Assembly: GCA_016176685.1 (NCBI GenBank)
Contig: JACOWS010000004.1
Location: 2,018 to 66,017, forward strand
DNA: 64,000 nucleotides
Source of the DNA: Patescibacteria group bacterium
GTDB taxonomy: Bacteria > Patescibacteriota > Minisyncoccia > Phycocordibacterales > SBAW01
Reading direction: 5' to 3'
Shown: one piece after another, positions 46,380-55,824 of the stretch
Numbering within the stretch: position 1 is the stretch's first letter
How the letters are laid out: each line of letters begins with the position of its first letter
Notes under the pieces: generated by a model
What the model was told of the DNA's origin: nothing
The model's database searches: none
What the model saw: only the letters and a program-made list of their open reading frames with translations
Position numbers and translations under genes: made by a program

Positions 46380-46700
46380 TAGCACGCGCGTCTGTAAGCC
46401 GAATTCTGTCGTGAGCAACAATTTATCTGGGCCCTGCGTCGCCACAGAGCTCAAGCGGCACTCCCGTTGATTTCTCTCAGGGCACGGCCTTGCACTCGGG
46501 TAAGGATTTTGCCGTTTCACCCTTCGACAAGCAAAGGGCAAGCCCTAAGATATCGAAGACTCGTCTCTGTTCGCACCTCTTTTGCCTGCTAGAAGCAAAT
46601 GACAGGCGTTACCTGCTACCCTTTCTACACACATCGCGTAGATAGTGTTCGGACTTTCCTCTCCGCTTATAGGCGAAGTAGTTGCTAAACGCGCTTTAAA
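46380..46700 (-). ncRNA. rnpB: RNase P RNA (bacterial type A-like), rnpB
   Basis: The minus strand carries, in order, AGGAAAGTCCGAAC (P4 5' strand), CAGGTAACGCCTG, AAGGGTGAAACGG and ACGACAGAATTCGGCTTACAG (P4 3' strand). P1 pairs AAAGCGCGTTT with AGACGCGCG. Ends are approximate. Confidence 0.85.
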
Positions 46701-46729
46701 TAGTATATCACAAATCCACACCCCTTGTC

Positions 46730-49180
46730 TTGCGAGCCAAAATACAAGGTATACTGGGGGAGGTTGAATTAATAGGAGGGCATAGCGCCCTCATAAATAG
46801 TTTATTGTTAACTATCATGCACTCACGACTCGTTTCGTGGTCGCGATGGCTGTACCTTGCCGGCATAGTGCTTGCACTGGTGCTCATCGTACCGACCGCG
46901 TGGTTCCCGTTCCAGTTAGGAAAAATAGCCGTCTTTGCCACCCTGCTTATGGTAGTGGTGGTGTTTTATGTGCTTGGCAGAGGGGTCCCCGACCTCTTGG
47001 AGACGCACGGCCTTAAGCTGGCGCTCTTGGCGGCACTCCTACCGCTCTCATACCTGGTGTCGATGTTTTTTTCGACCGATCGCGCGGTAGCATTGATTGG
47101 CTACGGGCTTGAAACAGATACCGTGCTCTTCGTCACGTTTGTGTTCCTTGCGTTTATTATTTCCTTCACGCTGTTTCGGACACTGCGTACGGCGCGTCTG
47201 CTGCTCTCGGTACTATTTGCGGCGCTCATTGCTGCGGTTATCTTCCAGTGGGTGGCGGTGGCGTTTGGCACGTCGGTACTGCCATTCTCGACTTTTGCCG
47301 ACCGCTCGGCAAACTTAATAGGCAAATGGAACGACCTTGGGCTCCTCGCGGGGCTCCTGGGCATGCTCATTTTGGTGTGGGGAGAATTTGCCCGCACCGC
47401 ACCTCTTCGGCGAGGGCTCGGTGTAGCCATGGCGGTTGGTGTTGCGGTGCTGCTTGGTATCATTAACTTTCCCTTGGTGTGGGGGATTATATTCGGCTTC
47501 TCTATTATCTTGGGGGTTACCGCATTCCTTATGCAGCACTCTTCCGGTGCTATTCAGCAAGAAGAGAAGCCAAACATCACCACCCCCCCAACCTCGTTGG
47601 TTGAGAAGGCTCCATGGTTTGCTGTTGGTGGTGCCATAGTGTCTCTACTGTTTTTGGTCTTTGGAGCCACTCTAAGCACCGGCCTTGCCAGCGTGTTCCC
47701 CGTGTCTTCTCTTGAGGTGCGTCCTTCATACAGTGCCACTCTCGACATCATCAACGACTCGCACAGCTCCGTAAAGCAATTGTTCGTGGGTACCGGGCCA
47801 AACACTTTTGGTGAGAACTGGATCATGTACAAGCCCCTGGCAGTTAACCAGACGCAGTTTTGGAGTCTCGACTTTAATGTGGGATTTTCCACCGTGATGA
47901 CCGCCCTGGACACGGTAGGATTCCTTGGAGCCATCGCGTGGCTCATCCCATCACTGCTTATCCTGGCCGGGCTCCTGCGGGCGGTACGGCTTGGGGTCTT
48001 AAGTCGCGAAGAGCGGTTTGTTGCCGCCAGTCTGTCTATTGCCGGATTGTTCCTTATGACCGCGGCGGTGTTGTATGTCCCGAGCCAAAACATACTGTTG
48101 CTTGCCTTCACGCTATCGGGAGCCGCGTTCGGGTTTTTGTGGCGGCAGGGGCGGTCGTCCGCCTCCACGGCCCACTTGCCGCAGTCGCTATTGTCGTTGT
48201 TTAATTCAGCGTTTGTTGCGCTCCTATTGCTTGCGGTCACGCTGTGGGCCGGTTACACCGCCGACCGCCGCTTTGTTGCGCAGGCTTTTGTGGGCCAGGG
48301 CTCGGCCGCCCTTAACCGGGGCGATGCCGACCAAGCTTTACGAAGCGCCGCGGCGGCGTATCGCGCTGATGCCGCAAACACCAACGCGACGCGGCTCATA
48401 CTGGGGGCAGGGGTCACCAAACTGCAGAATCTTGCAAACACGCCCACGCCGACGGCAGACACACAAACCGAATTTGCCAACACGGTGAGCCAGTCTATAG
48501 CGGCTGGACTAGAGGCCGCTTCGACCACCCCGCGCGACTACCGGCCGGTTTTTGCGCTCGGAAATGTGTATAACTTGCTTGCTTCGCTCAATGTGCAGGG
48601 AGCGTATGAAAACGCCCGCACTTTGTACCAAAGAGCCGTCGCGCTAAACCCCACAAACCCGGCGATAGAACTCTCGCTCGCGCGCCTTGAGGCCGTGCAG
48701 GGCAACAGCGACCTTGCGCGGCAACATATACAGAAGGCCCTCACTTTAAAGCCAAACTACACCGACGCAATACTTCTCGTAGTGCAACTTGAAGTGGCGA
48801 ACAATGATATACCCAGCGCCATACAGGCGGCCACAGCCGCCGCGCAGACAGCGCCCGGAGTCGCCCCTATATGGTTTCAGCTAGGACTCTTGTACTACTC
48901 CAATGGCGATATGGCAAAGGCTATACCTGCTCTTGAGAGGGCACTGTCTATTACTCCGGAGTATGCTAATGCCAAGTATTTCCTCGGGCTCTCTTACTAC
49001 GCGCAAAAGCGTACAGAAGATGCCACAAAACAGTTTGAAGACCTGCAAAAAACCAACCCGGACAATAGCGAAGTGCAGTTGGTCATCAGCAATATGGCCG
49101 CAGGCAGAGAACCGTTTGCAAGCTCCACTCCGCCACTCTCCCCACCGCAAGGGCGCACCTCCGCTCCCATACCCGAGTAG
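46730..49180 (+). CDS. Large polytopic membrane protein with C-terminal TPR repeats (O-antigen ligase/Wzy-like family?)
   Basis: At least ten TM helices in the N-terminal 480 aa, then TPR-like repeats. True start is probably an internal Met. Confidence 0.6.
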   Translation: MRAKIQGILGEVELIGGHSALINSLLLTIMHSRLVSWSRWLYLAGIVLALVLIVPTAWFPFQLGKIAVFATLLMVVVVFYVLGRGVPDLLETHGLKLALLAALLPLSYLVSMFFSTDRAVALIGYGLETDTVLFVTFVFLAFIISFTLFRTLRTARLLLSVLFAALIAAVIFQWVAVAFGTSVLPFSTFADRSANLIGKWNDLGLLAGLLGMLILVWGEFARTAPLRRGLGVAMAVGVAVLLGIINFPLVWGIIFGFSIILGVTAFLMQHSSGAIQQEEKPNITTPPTSLVEKAPWFAVGGAIVSLLFLVFGATLSTGLASVFPVSSLEVRPSYSATLDIINDSHSSVKQLFVGTGPNTFGENWIMYKPLAVNQTQFWSLDFNVGFSTVMTALDTVGFLGAIAWLIPSLLILAGLLRAVRLGVLSREERFVAASLSIAGLFLMTAAVLYVPSQNILLLAFTLSGAAFGFLWRQGRSSASTAHLPQSLLSLFNSAFVALLLLAVTLWAGYTADRRFVAQAFVGQGSAALNRGDADQALRSAAAAYRADAANTNATRLILGAGVTKLQNLANTPTPTADTQTEFANTVSQSIAAGLEAASTTPRDYRPVFALGNVYNLLASLNVQGAYENARTLYQRAVALNPTNPAIELSLARLEAVQGNSDLARQHIQKALTLKPNYTDAILLVVQLEVANNDIPSAIQAATAAAQTAPGVAPIWFQLGLLYYSNGDMAKAIPALERALSITPEYANAKYFLGLSYYAQKRTEDATKQFEDLQKTNPDNSEVQLVISNMAAGREPFASSTPPLSPPQGRTSAPIPE

Positions 49181-49183
49181 CGC

Positions 49184-50866
49184 ATGGTAGGAGCCCTTAT
49201 GAGCATGGTGGGGCGCGAGATACGCGGTATGCACCATGCGGCATATGTGTTGGCCGGCTTTGCGCTTGGCTCGCAACTCTTGGCGCTGGTGCGCGACCGA
49301 CTGCTCGCGGCGCACTTCGGAGCCGGCCACACGCTCGACCTATACTATGCAGGATTCCGCATACCCGACCTGCTTTTTGCCACGGTGGCATCGCTCCTGT
49401 CGCTCTACGCACTCCTGCCGGTCTTATCAAAATTCGAAGCAGAGTCGCAGGGACAGATGGTGTCGTTTTTGCGGCACACTCTGCTCTTCTTTTTTGTGGC
49501 GATGGGAGTGATATCCCTGGTGCTTTTCTTCTTTGTGCCGAAGTTGGTCCTGTTGGTGGCACCGGGCTTAAGCGATGCGGCTTCGCGCGTCGACCTGGTG
49601 CCCTTGATACGCATACTCCTCTTGCAACCGATACTCCTGGGTGCATCAAATATTGTTGCGGCGTTGACACAGCTGCGGCATAGATTCCTTCTCTACTCGA
49701 TTTCGCCGCTCCTCTACAACGTCGGGATTATATTCGGCATCGTCGCCCTGTACCCGCGCTTTGGACTTGCAGGCCTGGGGTGGGGCGTAGTCCTGGGCGC
49801 GGCCATGCATTTTTTGGTCCAAGTGCCATTTTTTTCCGCCGAAAAGAGCGAGCACCTGCCCGCGCCGATTAGATGGAAAGGGCTCGCCCAGGTGCTCGCT
49901 CTTTCCGTTCCGCGCACGTTGGCGCTTGCGGCAGGTCAACTTTCTCTTTTGGCACTGGTGGCGCTTGCATCTCTCCTCTCACCGGGGTCTATAGCCGTGT
50001 TTATGTTCGCCTGGAACCTGCAAGCGGTTCCTCTTACCATCATTGGCGTATCCTACTCGGTTGCCGCCTTCCCGACGCTTGCAAGGTTCCACGCGTCCGG
50101 AGAGCGCGAAGCCTTCGTGGGCCACATTGAAGCGGCTTTGCGGCATATCTTTTTTTGGTCTATTCCTGCGATGGTCTTGGCGGTTGTTTTGCGGGCACAA
50201 TTGGTGCGCATCATCCTTGGAGCCGGAGCTTTTGACTGGGTGGCGACGCGCTTGACTGCCGCCGCTCTGGCGCTCTTTGTCCTTTCTCTTACGGCGCAGA
50301 GCGTGGTGCTTCTTTTTGCACGCGCCTACTACGCCGCCGGTAAGACAAAAACGCCGCTGGTGATGGGTATGGTGTCGGTTATTGTAACGGTGGCGAGCGC
50401 ACTCATACTCTCGTTCGGGTTCCACGCCAGCCAGTTTTGGAGATTTTTTTTGGAGTCGATTTTGCGCGTGTCCGATGTGGGAGGCACGACGGTCTTGATG
50501 CTTGCACTTAGTTTCACCATAGGGAGTTTGTTGCAGGCAACCGGTGCGCTACTATATCTAAAAAAAGAATTCCACATTTCCTACGCGGGCCTCTCGCGGC
50601 TTGCTTTCCAGAGTTTTAGCGCCGCGGTGTTGGGTGGCGCCGCCGCATACGGCGCGCTTGCCGCTGTCGGCCTTGTGGTTGATATAAACACCGTGGCCGG
50701 TATTACTACCCAAGGGGTCCTGGGAGGTATCGTGGGGCTTTTGGCGACAGGCGGCATGCTGTTAGCGCTCGGGAACCCGGAGATAGCCGAGGCATACGCT
50801 TCTATAAAACGGCGGTTTGAAGGGGAGCCTCAAGTGGCGCTGGAGCCGACGGACGTTTCGTCGTAG
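49184..50866 (+). CDS. murJ: Lipid II flippase MurJ (MviN)
   Basis: 14-TM MOP-superfamily sequence. N-terminus matches MurJ. Confidence 0.8.
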   Translation: MVGALMSMVGREIRGMHHAAYVLAGFALGSQLLALVRDRLLAAHFGAGHTLDLYYAGFRIPDLLFATVASLLSLYALLPVLSKFEAESQGQMVSFLRHTLLFFFVAMGVISLVLFFFVPKLVLLVAPGLSDAASRVDLVPLIRILLLQPILLGASNIVAALTQLRHRFLLYSISPLLYNVGIIFGIVALYPRFGLAGLGWGVVLGAAMHFLVQVPFFSAEKSEHLPAPIRWKGLAQVLALSVPRTLALAAGQLSLLALVALASLLSPGSIAVFMFAWNLQAVPLTIIGVSYSVAAFPTLARFHASGEREAFVGHIEAALRHIFFWSIPAMVLAVVLRAQLVRIILGAGAFDWVATRLTAAALALFVLSLTAQSVVLLFARAYYAAGKTKTPLVMGMVSVIVTVASALILSFGFHASQFWRFFLESILRVSDVGGTTVLMLALSFTIGSLLQATGALLYLKKEFHISYAGLSRLAFQSFSAAVLGGAAAYGALAAVGLVVDINTVAGITTQGVLGGIVGLLATGGMLLALGNPEIAEAYASIKRRFEGEPQVALEPTDVSS

Positions 50867-50878
50867 TATGCAGTACCG

Positions 50879-52729
50879 ATGCAGCACATTAGAAACTTCA
50901 GTATCATTGCGCACATAGACCACGGCAAGTCGACGCTTGCCGACCGTTTTTTAGAGCTCACCCATACGGTGGAGCGGCGCAAGATGCGCGCCCAGGTACT
51001 CGACTCGATGGAGCTTGAGCGCGAGCGCGGTATCACTATCAAAATGCAGCCCGTACGGATGCTATGGCGGCCTGTCCAAGGGTTCCCCTTGGAAAATGGA
51101 CGGGAATACGAGCTTAACTTGATTGACACGCCCGGGCACATCGACTTTTCCTACGAGGTGTCTCGCGCGCTCTGCGCTGTTGAGGGCGCAATACTCCTGG
51201 TGGATGCGACCCAGGGGATACAGGCGCAAACCTTGACCACCTTGCGCAGCGCGCGGGAGTTGGGGCTCGCCATAGTACCGGCTGTTTCAAAAATAGACTC
51301 GCCGCTTGCTCGGGTCGACGAAGTGCGCGCCGAGCTCGCTTTACTGTTGGAAGTGCCAAAAGAGTCTGTGCTTATGTGCTCCGGCAAAACGGGGGAAGGG
51401 GTGGCCGAGCTTTTGCAGGCCGTTATAGAGCGCGTGCCGCCGCCAAGCACAACCAAAAGTCCTCAAGGCAACGCCTTAACACCCGGGCTCTCCAAGACGT
51501 CGCCTTTGGAAGTACGGGCGCTAGTTTTTGACTTTGAGTATTCCGACCACCAAGGGGTCATCGTGTATGTGCGTTTGATAGACGGGGCGATTGCAAAAGG
51601 CGATGTGCTTGAGTTTGTCGCTGGAGAAAAAAAGTTCCAGGCACTTGAGGTCGGAACCTTCTCTCCGACACCGATTCCGTGCAAGCAGCTCGATGCGGGC
51701 GCCATAGGGTATGTGGTCACCGGTATCAAAGAGCCGGGCGTTGCGCGCGTCGGAGATACCGTGCGCGCGTATGGTGCAAAAACCACTCCTCTTTCCGGGT
51801 TTGCGGTGCCGTCCCCGGTGGTGTGGGCGAGCGTCTACCCGGAGAGTCAGGACGATTTTGCGGGGCTCCGGCAAGCGCTTATGCGTTTGCACCTGACGGA
51901 CGCATCATTGTCGTTTGAAGAAGAGTCTTCGGGGGTGTTGGGGCGCGGATTCCGCATTGGACTTTTGGGGATGCTTCACCTAGAAATTGTGACCGAGCGC
52001 TTGTACCGGGAGTTTAACCTCTCGCTTGTGGTTACCACCCCCACTATAACCTACGAGGTCGAAACAAAGCGCGGCGAGCGCCGCACCGTTTACTCGCCGT
52101 CTTTGTTCCCCGAGTACGCCGACATCGCGCAGGTGTGGGAACCCATGAGCGCCGTGGATATAATACTCCCCGCAGAGTTCCTGGGAGCAGTCACGCCGCT
52201 CCTTTTTGCACACGAGGCGTCCATAGAGTCGACAGAAAACTTTTCAGAAGGGCGATTGGTGATACGGGCGCTCATGCCGCTGCGCGAGCTTATGCGAAAT
52301 TTTTTCGACAAACTTAAAAGCGCTTCCCAAGGCTATGCCTCCATATCGTATGCACTGCGCGAGCTGCGCCCTGCAGATGTGGTGCGTCTCGACGTGTTGG
52401 TGGCGGAGGAACAGGTCCCTGCTTTTACCCGTATTGTGACACGGCATCGTGCCTACGAAGAGGCCACTGCCGCGGTGGAAAAACTGTATAAGATACTCCC
52501 ACGCCAGATGTTTGCCGCCAAAATACAAGGTCAGGCATTGGGGCGCATTCTTTCATCAAAAACACTGCCCGCAATGAGTAAAAATGTTACCCAGCACATG
52601 TACGGCGGTGACAGGACCCGCAAAATGAAGCTTTGGGAGAAGCAAAAAAAGGGTAAAGCAAAGATGAAGGAGCGCGGCAAGGTCAATATCCCCGAGGAGG
52701 TTTTTTTGAAGATGATTAAGTCGGAGTAG
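50879..52729 (+). CDS. lepA: Elongation factor 4 (LepA)
   Basis: IIAHIDHGKSTLADR and DTPGHIDF. C-terminal LepA-specific domain ending ...KMIKSE. Confidence 0.95.
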   Translation: MQHIRNFSIIAHIDHGKSTLADRFLELTHTVERRKMRAQVLDSMELERERGITIKMQPVRMLWRPVQGFPLENGREYELNLIDTPGHIDFSYEVSRALCAVEGAILLVDATQGIQAQTLTTLRSARELGLAIVPAVSKIDSPLARVDEVRAELALLLEVPKESVLMCSGKTGEGVAELLQAVIERVPPPSTTKSPQGNALTPGLSKTSPLEVRALVFDFEYSDHQGVIVYVRLIDGAIAKGDVLEFVAGEKKFQALEVGTFSPTPIPCKQLDAGAIGYVVTGIKEPGVARVGDTVRAYGAKTTPLSGFAVPSPVVWASVYPESQDDFAGLRQALMRLHLTDASLSFEEESSGVLGRGFRIGLLGMLHLEIVTERLYREFNLSLVVTTPTITYEVETKRGERRTVYSPSLFPEYADIAQVWEPMSAVDIILPAEFLGAVTPLLFAHEASIESTENFSEGRLVIRALMPLRELMRNFFDKLKSASQGYASISYALRELRPADVVRLDVLVAEEQVPAFTRIVTRHRAYEEATAAVEKLYKILPRQMFAAKIQGQALGRILSSKTLPAMSKNVTQHMYGGDRTRKMKLWEKQKKGKAKMKERGKVNIPEEVFLKMIKSE

Positions 52730-52878
52730 CGGCTGTTAGATTTAGATAAGGAGAGAAAAGGAGGCGAGTATCATGGAGATACTGACAGCAATACCCAGAA
52801 CCCACGCCACAATGCGGGTGTTGCGGTCCCTGTTTTTGCCAAATAAGCCAAACATATACAGCGTGTATACTACCATAC

Positions 52879-53274
52879 ATGCAGGACTTTCGTAAACCAA
52901 AACAGCGAGCTTTGAGGGTTTTTCGTGTCGCGATACGCAGTGTCGTCACTCTAGTACTTTTGGCGCTTGCGGTGGTGTCGGTACGCGCCGCATTTGGTAT
53001 GTACCAAACCTTTACCGTAGCCCTTGCCTCCGAGGAAGAAACCGCCAAAGAGCTTGCGATACTCAAGCAGCAGGAAACACAGATGGGGGCTGCGGTGGAG
53101 GGCCTTTTGACCGAGCGCGGGCTCGAGGCGCAGGTGCGCGCGCGGTACGGGTGGGGGAGGCCCGGGGAGGGGAAAATAGATGTGGTGAGAGACCCCGGGC
53201 TCTATGCCGAGGGTGGCCAGGCGCGGGGAGACAACGCCATAATCCGATTTTTCAAATCGCTGATAGGTTTATAA
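52879..53274 (+). CDS. Septum formation initiator family protein (FtsB/DivIC-like)
   Basis: Single TM plus coiled coil plus a conserved C-terminal region. Confidence 0.55.
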   Translation: MQDFRKPKQRALRVFRVAIRSVVTLVLLALAVVSVRAAFGMYQTFTVALASEEETAKELAILKQQETQMGAAVEGLLTERGLEAQVRARYGWGRPGEGKIDVVRDPGLYAEGGQARGDNAIIRFFKSLIGL

Positions 53275-53290
53275 AAATGATGTTTTTGTG

Positions 53291-53361
53291 TGCGGAATGC
53301 GAGAATCGAACTCGCGCCTACTGCTTGGGAAGCAGTCATTCTACCACTAAACTAATTCCGC
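53291..53361 (-). tRNA. tRNA-Gly (anticodon CCC)
   Basis: Acceptor GCGGAAT/ATTCCGC; anticodon arm ACTGC-TTCCCAA-GCAGT; T-arm GCGAG-TTCGATT-CTCGC. Confidence 0.8.
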
Positions 53362-53470
53362 CTTCGTCTCGCCGGAGCGAGACTTCGGCAAGGCGAGGCC
53401 CGCTGAAGTCCGCGAAGGCGGACTTGACAGCTATGCTATACTACAAGAAAGCTAATAATAATCATAACGT

Positions 53471-53713
53471 ATGGAAAAGAACGTCACCATATATTCAACA
53501 CCGACCTGCCACTTTTGCCACATGGCCAAAGAGTTTTTTAATGAAAAAGGGGTGCCGTTTACCAACTATGATGTGTCGGTAGACGCCGCCAAGCGCCAGG
53601 AAATGATCCAGCTCACCGGCCAGCTGGGCGTGCCGGTTATAGTTATAGACGGCGACCTGATGGTCGGTTTTGACCGCGCCAAACTCGCCGCCAAACTAGG
53701 GCTAGAGGCGTAA
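53471..53713 (+). CDS. Glutaredoxin-like protein
   Basis: VTIYSTPTCHFCHMAKEFF CxxC motif and GVPVIVIDG...GFD. Paralog of the gene at 6937..7218. Confidence 0.75.
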   Translation: MEKNVTIYSTPTCHFCHMAKEFFNEKGVPFTNYDVSVDAAKRQEMIQLTGQLGVPVIVIDGDLMVGFDRAKLAAKLGLEA

Positions 53714-53840
53714 ATAGAAAAAAGTAGAACCCCTCCAACAGAATTATGTTCCGCAAAAGGGGCTCACTCTAAAAGTAAGAGGGCGAGGGTTTTTAGTAAA
53801 GTACAGTATATTAAGTGCTATAGGTGTCGTTGTTGACTGT

Positions 53841-54038
53841 CTAAAACGATACCAGAAAACCGACCAAGCCAGCGGGTGAACGATGGATTTCGTCGGCACT
53901 AATGATGTCGTCCATCGATAGCACACTTTCTTCGGGGAGATTTCCCCAAACAAAAGAAATACGCTGTTTGTACCGGTCCTCATCCGTCATTTGTACAGTT
54001 CTGGCAACTTCAATGAGAGAAGTGAGTTCAGGATCCAT
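53841..54038 (-). CDS. Small hypothetical protein (65 aa)
   Basis: ATG (+strand 54036-54038) with an AGGAGA SD 6 nt upstream on the minus strand. Lies in an AT-rich spacer between tRNA genes. Confidence 0.4.
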   Translation of the reverse strand: MDPELTSLIEVARTVQMTDEDRYKQRISFVWGNLPEESVLSMDDIISADEIHRSPAGLVGFLVSF

Positions 54039-54210
54039 GATTTTCTCCTGGGTGTTTATGCCGAACCAATTTCGGCACATACACCAAGAGAAAACCTCCA
54101 AATTGATATTACCACACAATGGCGAATGTCCATACGCCCTGGTATAAATTGTGCCCTCACTAGGAACCCACCTCGCCGAAGACGTCGAGTCGAGACGGGT
54201 CGAACCCAAG

Positions 54211-54282
54211 TGCCCCTGCCAAGAATCGAACTTGGATTCTCGCGTTAGGAGTGCGAAGTTCTATCCATTGAACTACAGGGGC
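54211..54282 (-). tRNA. tRNA-Arg (anticodon CCT)
   Basis: Acceptor GCCCCTG/CAGGGGC; anticodon loop CTCCTAA; T-arm CCAAG-TTCGATT-CTTGG. One A-C mismatch at the base of the anticodon stem. Confidence 0.7.
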
Positions 54283-54322
54283 AGTAACAAAAATTTACCA
54301 CATTTGTGGTATAATTGCCTTT

Positions 54323-54616
54323 GTGGACCCGCAGATTGAAGAGTTAAAAGAGCTGGTGCGGCAAAACATCACGCTTTCGCAAGAGACAAACAACATCGTG
54401 CATGGCATGCGCAGTGCCGCGCGCTGGAGCCGTCTATTCCGCATGGTGTGGATCGTTGCAATACTTATTGCCTCCGGTGCGGCATATCTGTACTTTGCAC
54501 CCTACCTCGAGCAAATTATTGACCTCTACAACCAGGCGAGTGGGGCTTTGGAGCAACTGCGTGCATTTGGTGGACAAGCAACAAATGCTGTGCAAAACTT
54601 TACCCCTGGCCAGTAA
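54323..54616 (+). CDS. Hypothetical membrane protein (97 aa)
   Basis: GTG start at 54323, preceded by an extended -10 (TGgTATAAT at about 54307-54315). One TM helix. Confidence 0.4.
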   Translation: MDPQIEELKELVRQNITLSQETNNIVHGMRSAARWSRLFRMVWIVAILIASGAAYLYFAPYLEQIIDLYNQASGALEQLRAFGGQATNAVQNFTPGQ

Positions 54617-54622
54617 CTATAC

Positions 54623-54698
54623 GCTTGGGTAGCTCAGTTGGTAGAGCGCTTCCCTGAAGAGGAAGATGTCGCCGGTTCGAGCCCGGCCCCAAGCACCA
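54623..54698 (+). tRNA. tRNA-Phe (anticodon GAA), CCA encoded
   Basis: Acceptor GCTTGGG/CCCAAGC; anticodon arm CTTCC-CTGAAGA-GGAAG; T-arm GCCGG-TTCGAGC-CCGGC; 3' ACCA. Confidence 0.85.
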
Positions 54699-55282
54699 AG
54701 TAGGAAATTGCAAGGTGGAGCTCACCGCCGCGCAGGGCGCGGCGGCTCGCGCGTAGCCCAGCTTCGGGCTGAATTGGAATTGGCGATTTCGCTTTCGGGA
54801 AAAAGAAAATTTTAGACATACAACTCAGAAGCTCAAAAACCCTTGTTTTACAAGGTATTTTTGTATTTCAGCTTGTTGCCGCGACAACTATCGGCACGAC
54901 CGGGGCAACGCCGCGACATGGCACCGCCCCACCCAGAAGACAGGTCAGTTGAACTCCGCCGCGTGAGAACTGTATAAGCCCTCGACCTGGGCCTCTATAC
55001 AAAAACTCACCTTGGCGGTGTCCCCACGACGGAGGCATAGAGCCCTCGGGGACTAGACAGGGACAGGAAGTACCCAATCATCCATTCGTTTAGCCAGAGG
55101 TTCTGGCAACACAGGCCCGCTATCTCCAATGAGAAGCGGGCCTTACTACTTTCCGGCTTCTCGTATGCTATTGACACGGCATTACACACATGATATTCTA
55201 TTGGCCGGGTAGTTCAGGCAAGCGAATGAGGTTGATGTCAGGGGCCGCAGTCGCGGCTTCCACAGCTCCTAGGGAGCACGAA

Positions 55283-55570
55283 ATGAAAATTGTACGCGAC
55301 ATTTCCTACGACGGAATCGACCTTTGCAACCTCATACGCATCGCACCCGACGAACCGTTCTACGTCGACGAGCTCATCGCCATCGCGGAAGCCGTCGGCG
55401 CAACCTATATCGACCGTATAACGTATTACCGAACCCTTAAAAACGGCCAGGAAAACAAGACGACGGTCGAAACGAAATATTACGTCATCGAAATCACGGG
55501 CAGAGGACCTAAAAAATCCTACACTCGCGAACAACTGTGGGAGGCCTTGGCCACCTACAACGATGCGTAA
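55283..55570 (+). CDS. Hypothetical protein (95 aa)
   Basis: ATG at 55283 with an AGGGAG SD 6 nt upstream. A possible sigma70-like promoter TTGACA-N17-TATTCT lies at about 55155-55183. Confidence 0.45.
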   Translation: MKIVRDISYDGIDLCNLIRIAPDEPFYVDELIAIAEAVGATYIDRITYYRTLKNGQENKTTVETKYYVIEITGRGPKKSYTREQLWEALATYNDA

Positions 55571-55824
55571 CACCTCGGGAGCGGCAACAACCGCTCCCTT
55601 TCTCTTTTCTATTTTGAAAGAACAATTGTGTGCGCGAGACGCGCACTCGAACCTTTTTCGCCAAAGAAAAATTTGATATTGTCAGCGGAGCGGCTTCCCT
55701 CCTTCGCTAAAGCTACGGACGGGCAGGCGCCGCGTTCGGCATTTTGGAAGCCAGATGTGCCGCGCCGCCGCCCCCACTGGCGGCGCTGGTTCGCGCTATT
55801 TCAAGTATTCTGCACAACGAACGG

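Noticed and set aside
46084-46541. Minus-strand ORFs 46084..46374 and 46269..46541
   Set aside because: They lie on the RNase P RNA gene or the end of the DUF192 gene. The RNA signature blocks explain the region.
54699-55282. tmRNA or SRP RNA in the long spacer after tRNA-Phe
   Set aside because: Searched by eye for GGGGCUG...UUCGAC, a tag-peptide ORF ending ALAA, a 3' tRNA-like T-arm plus CCA, and the SRP domain IV consensus. None found. Left as an unclassified ncRNA candidate.
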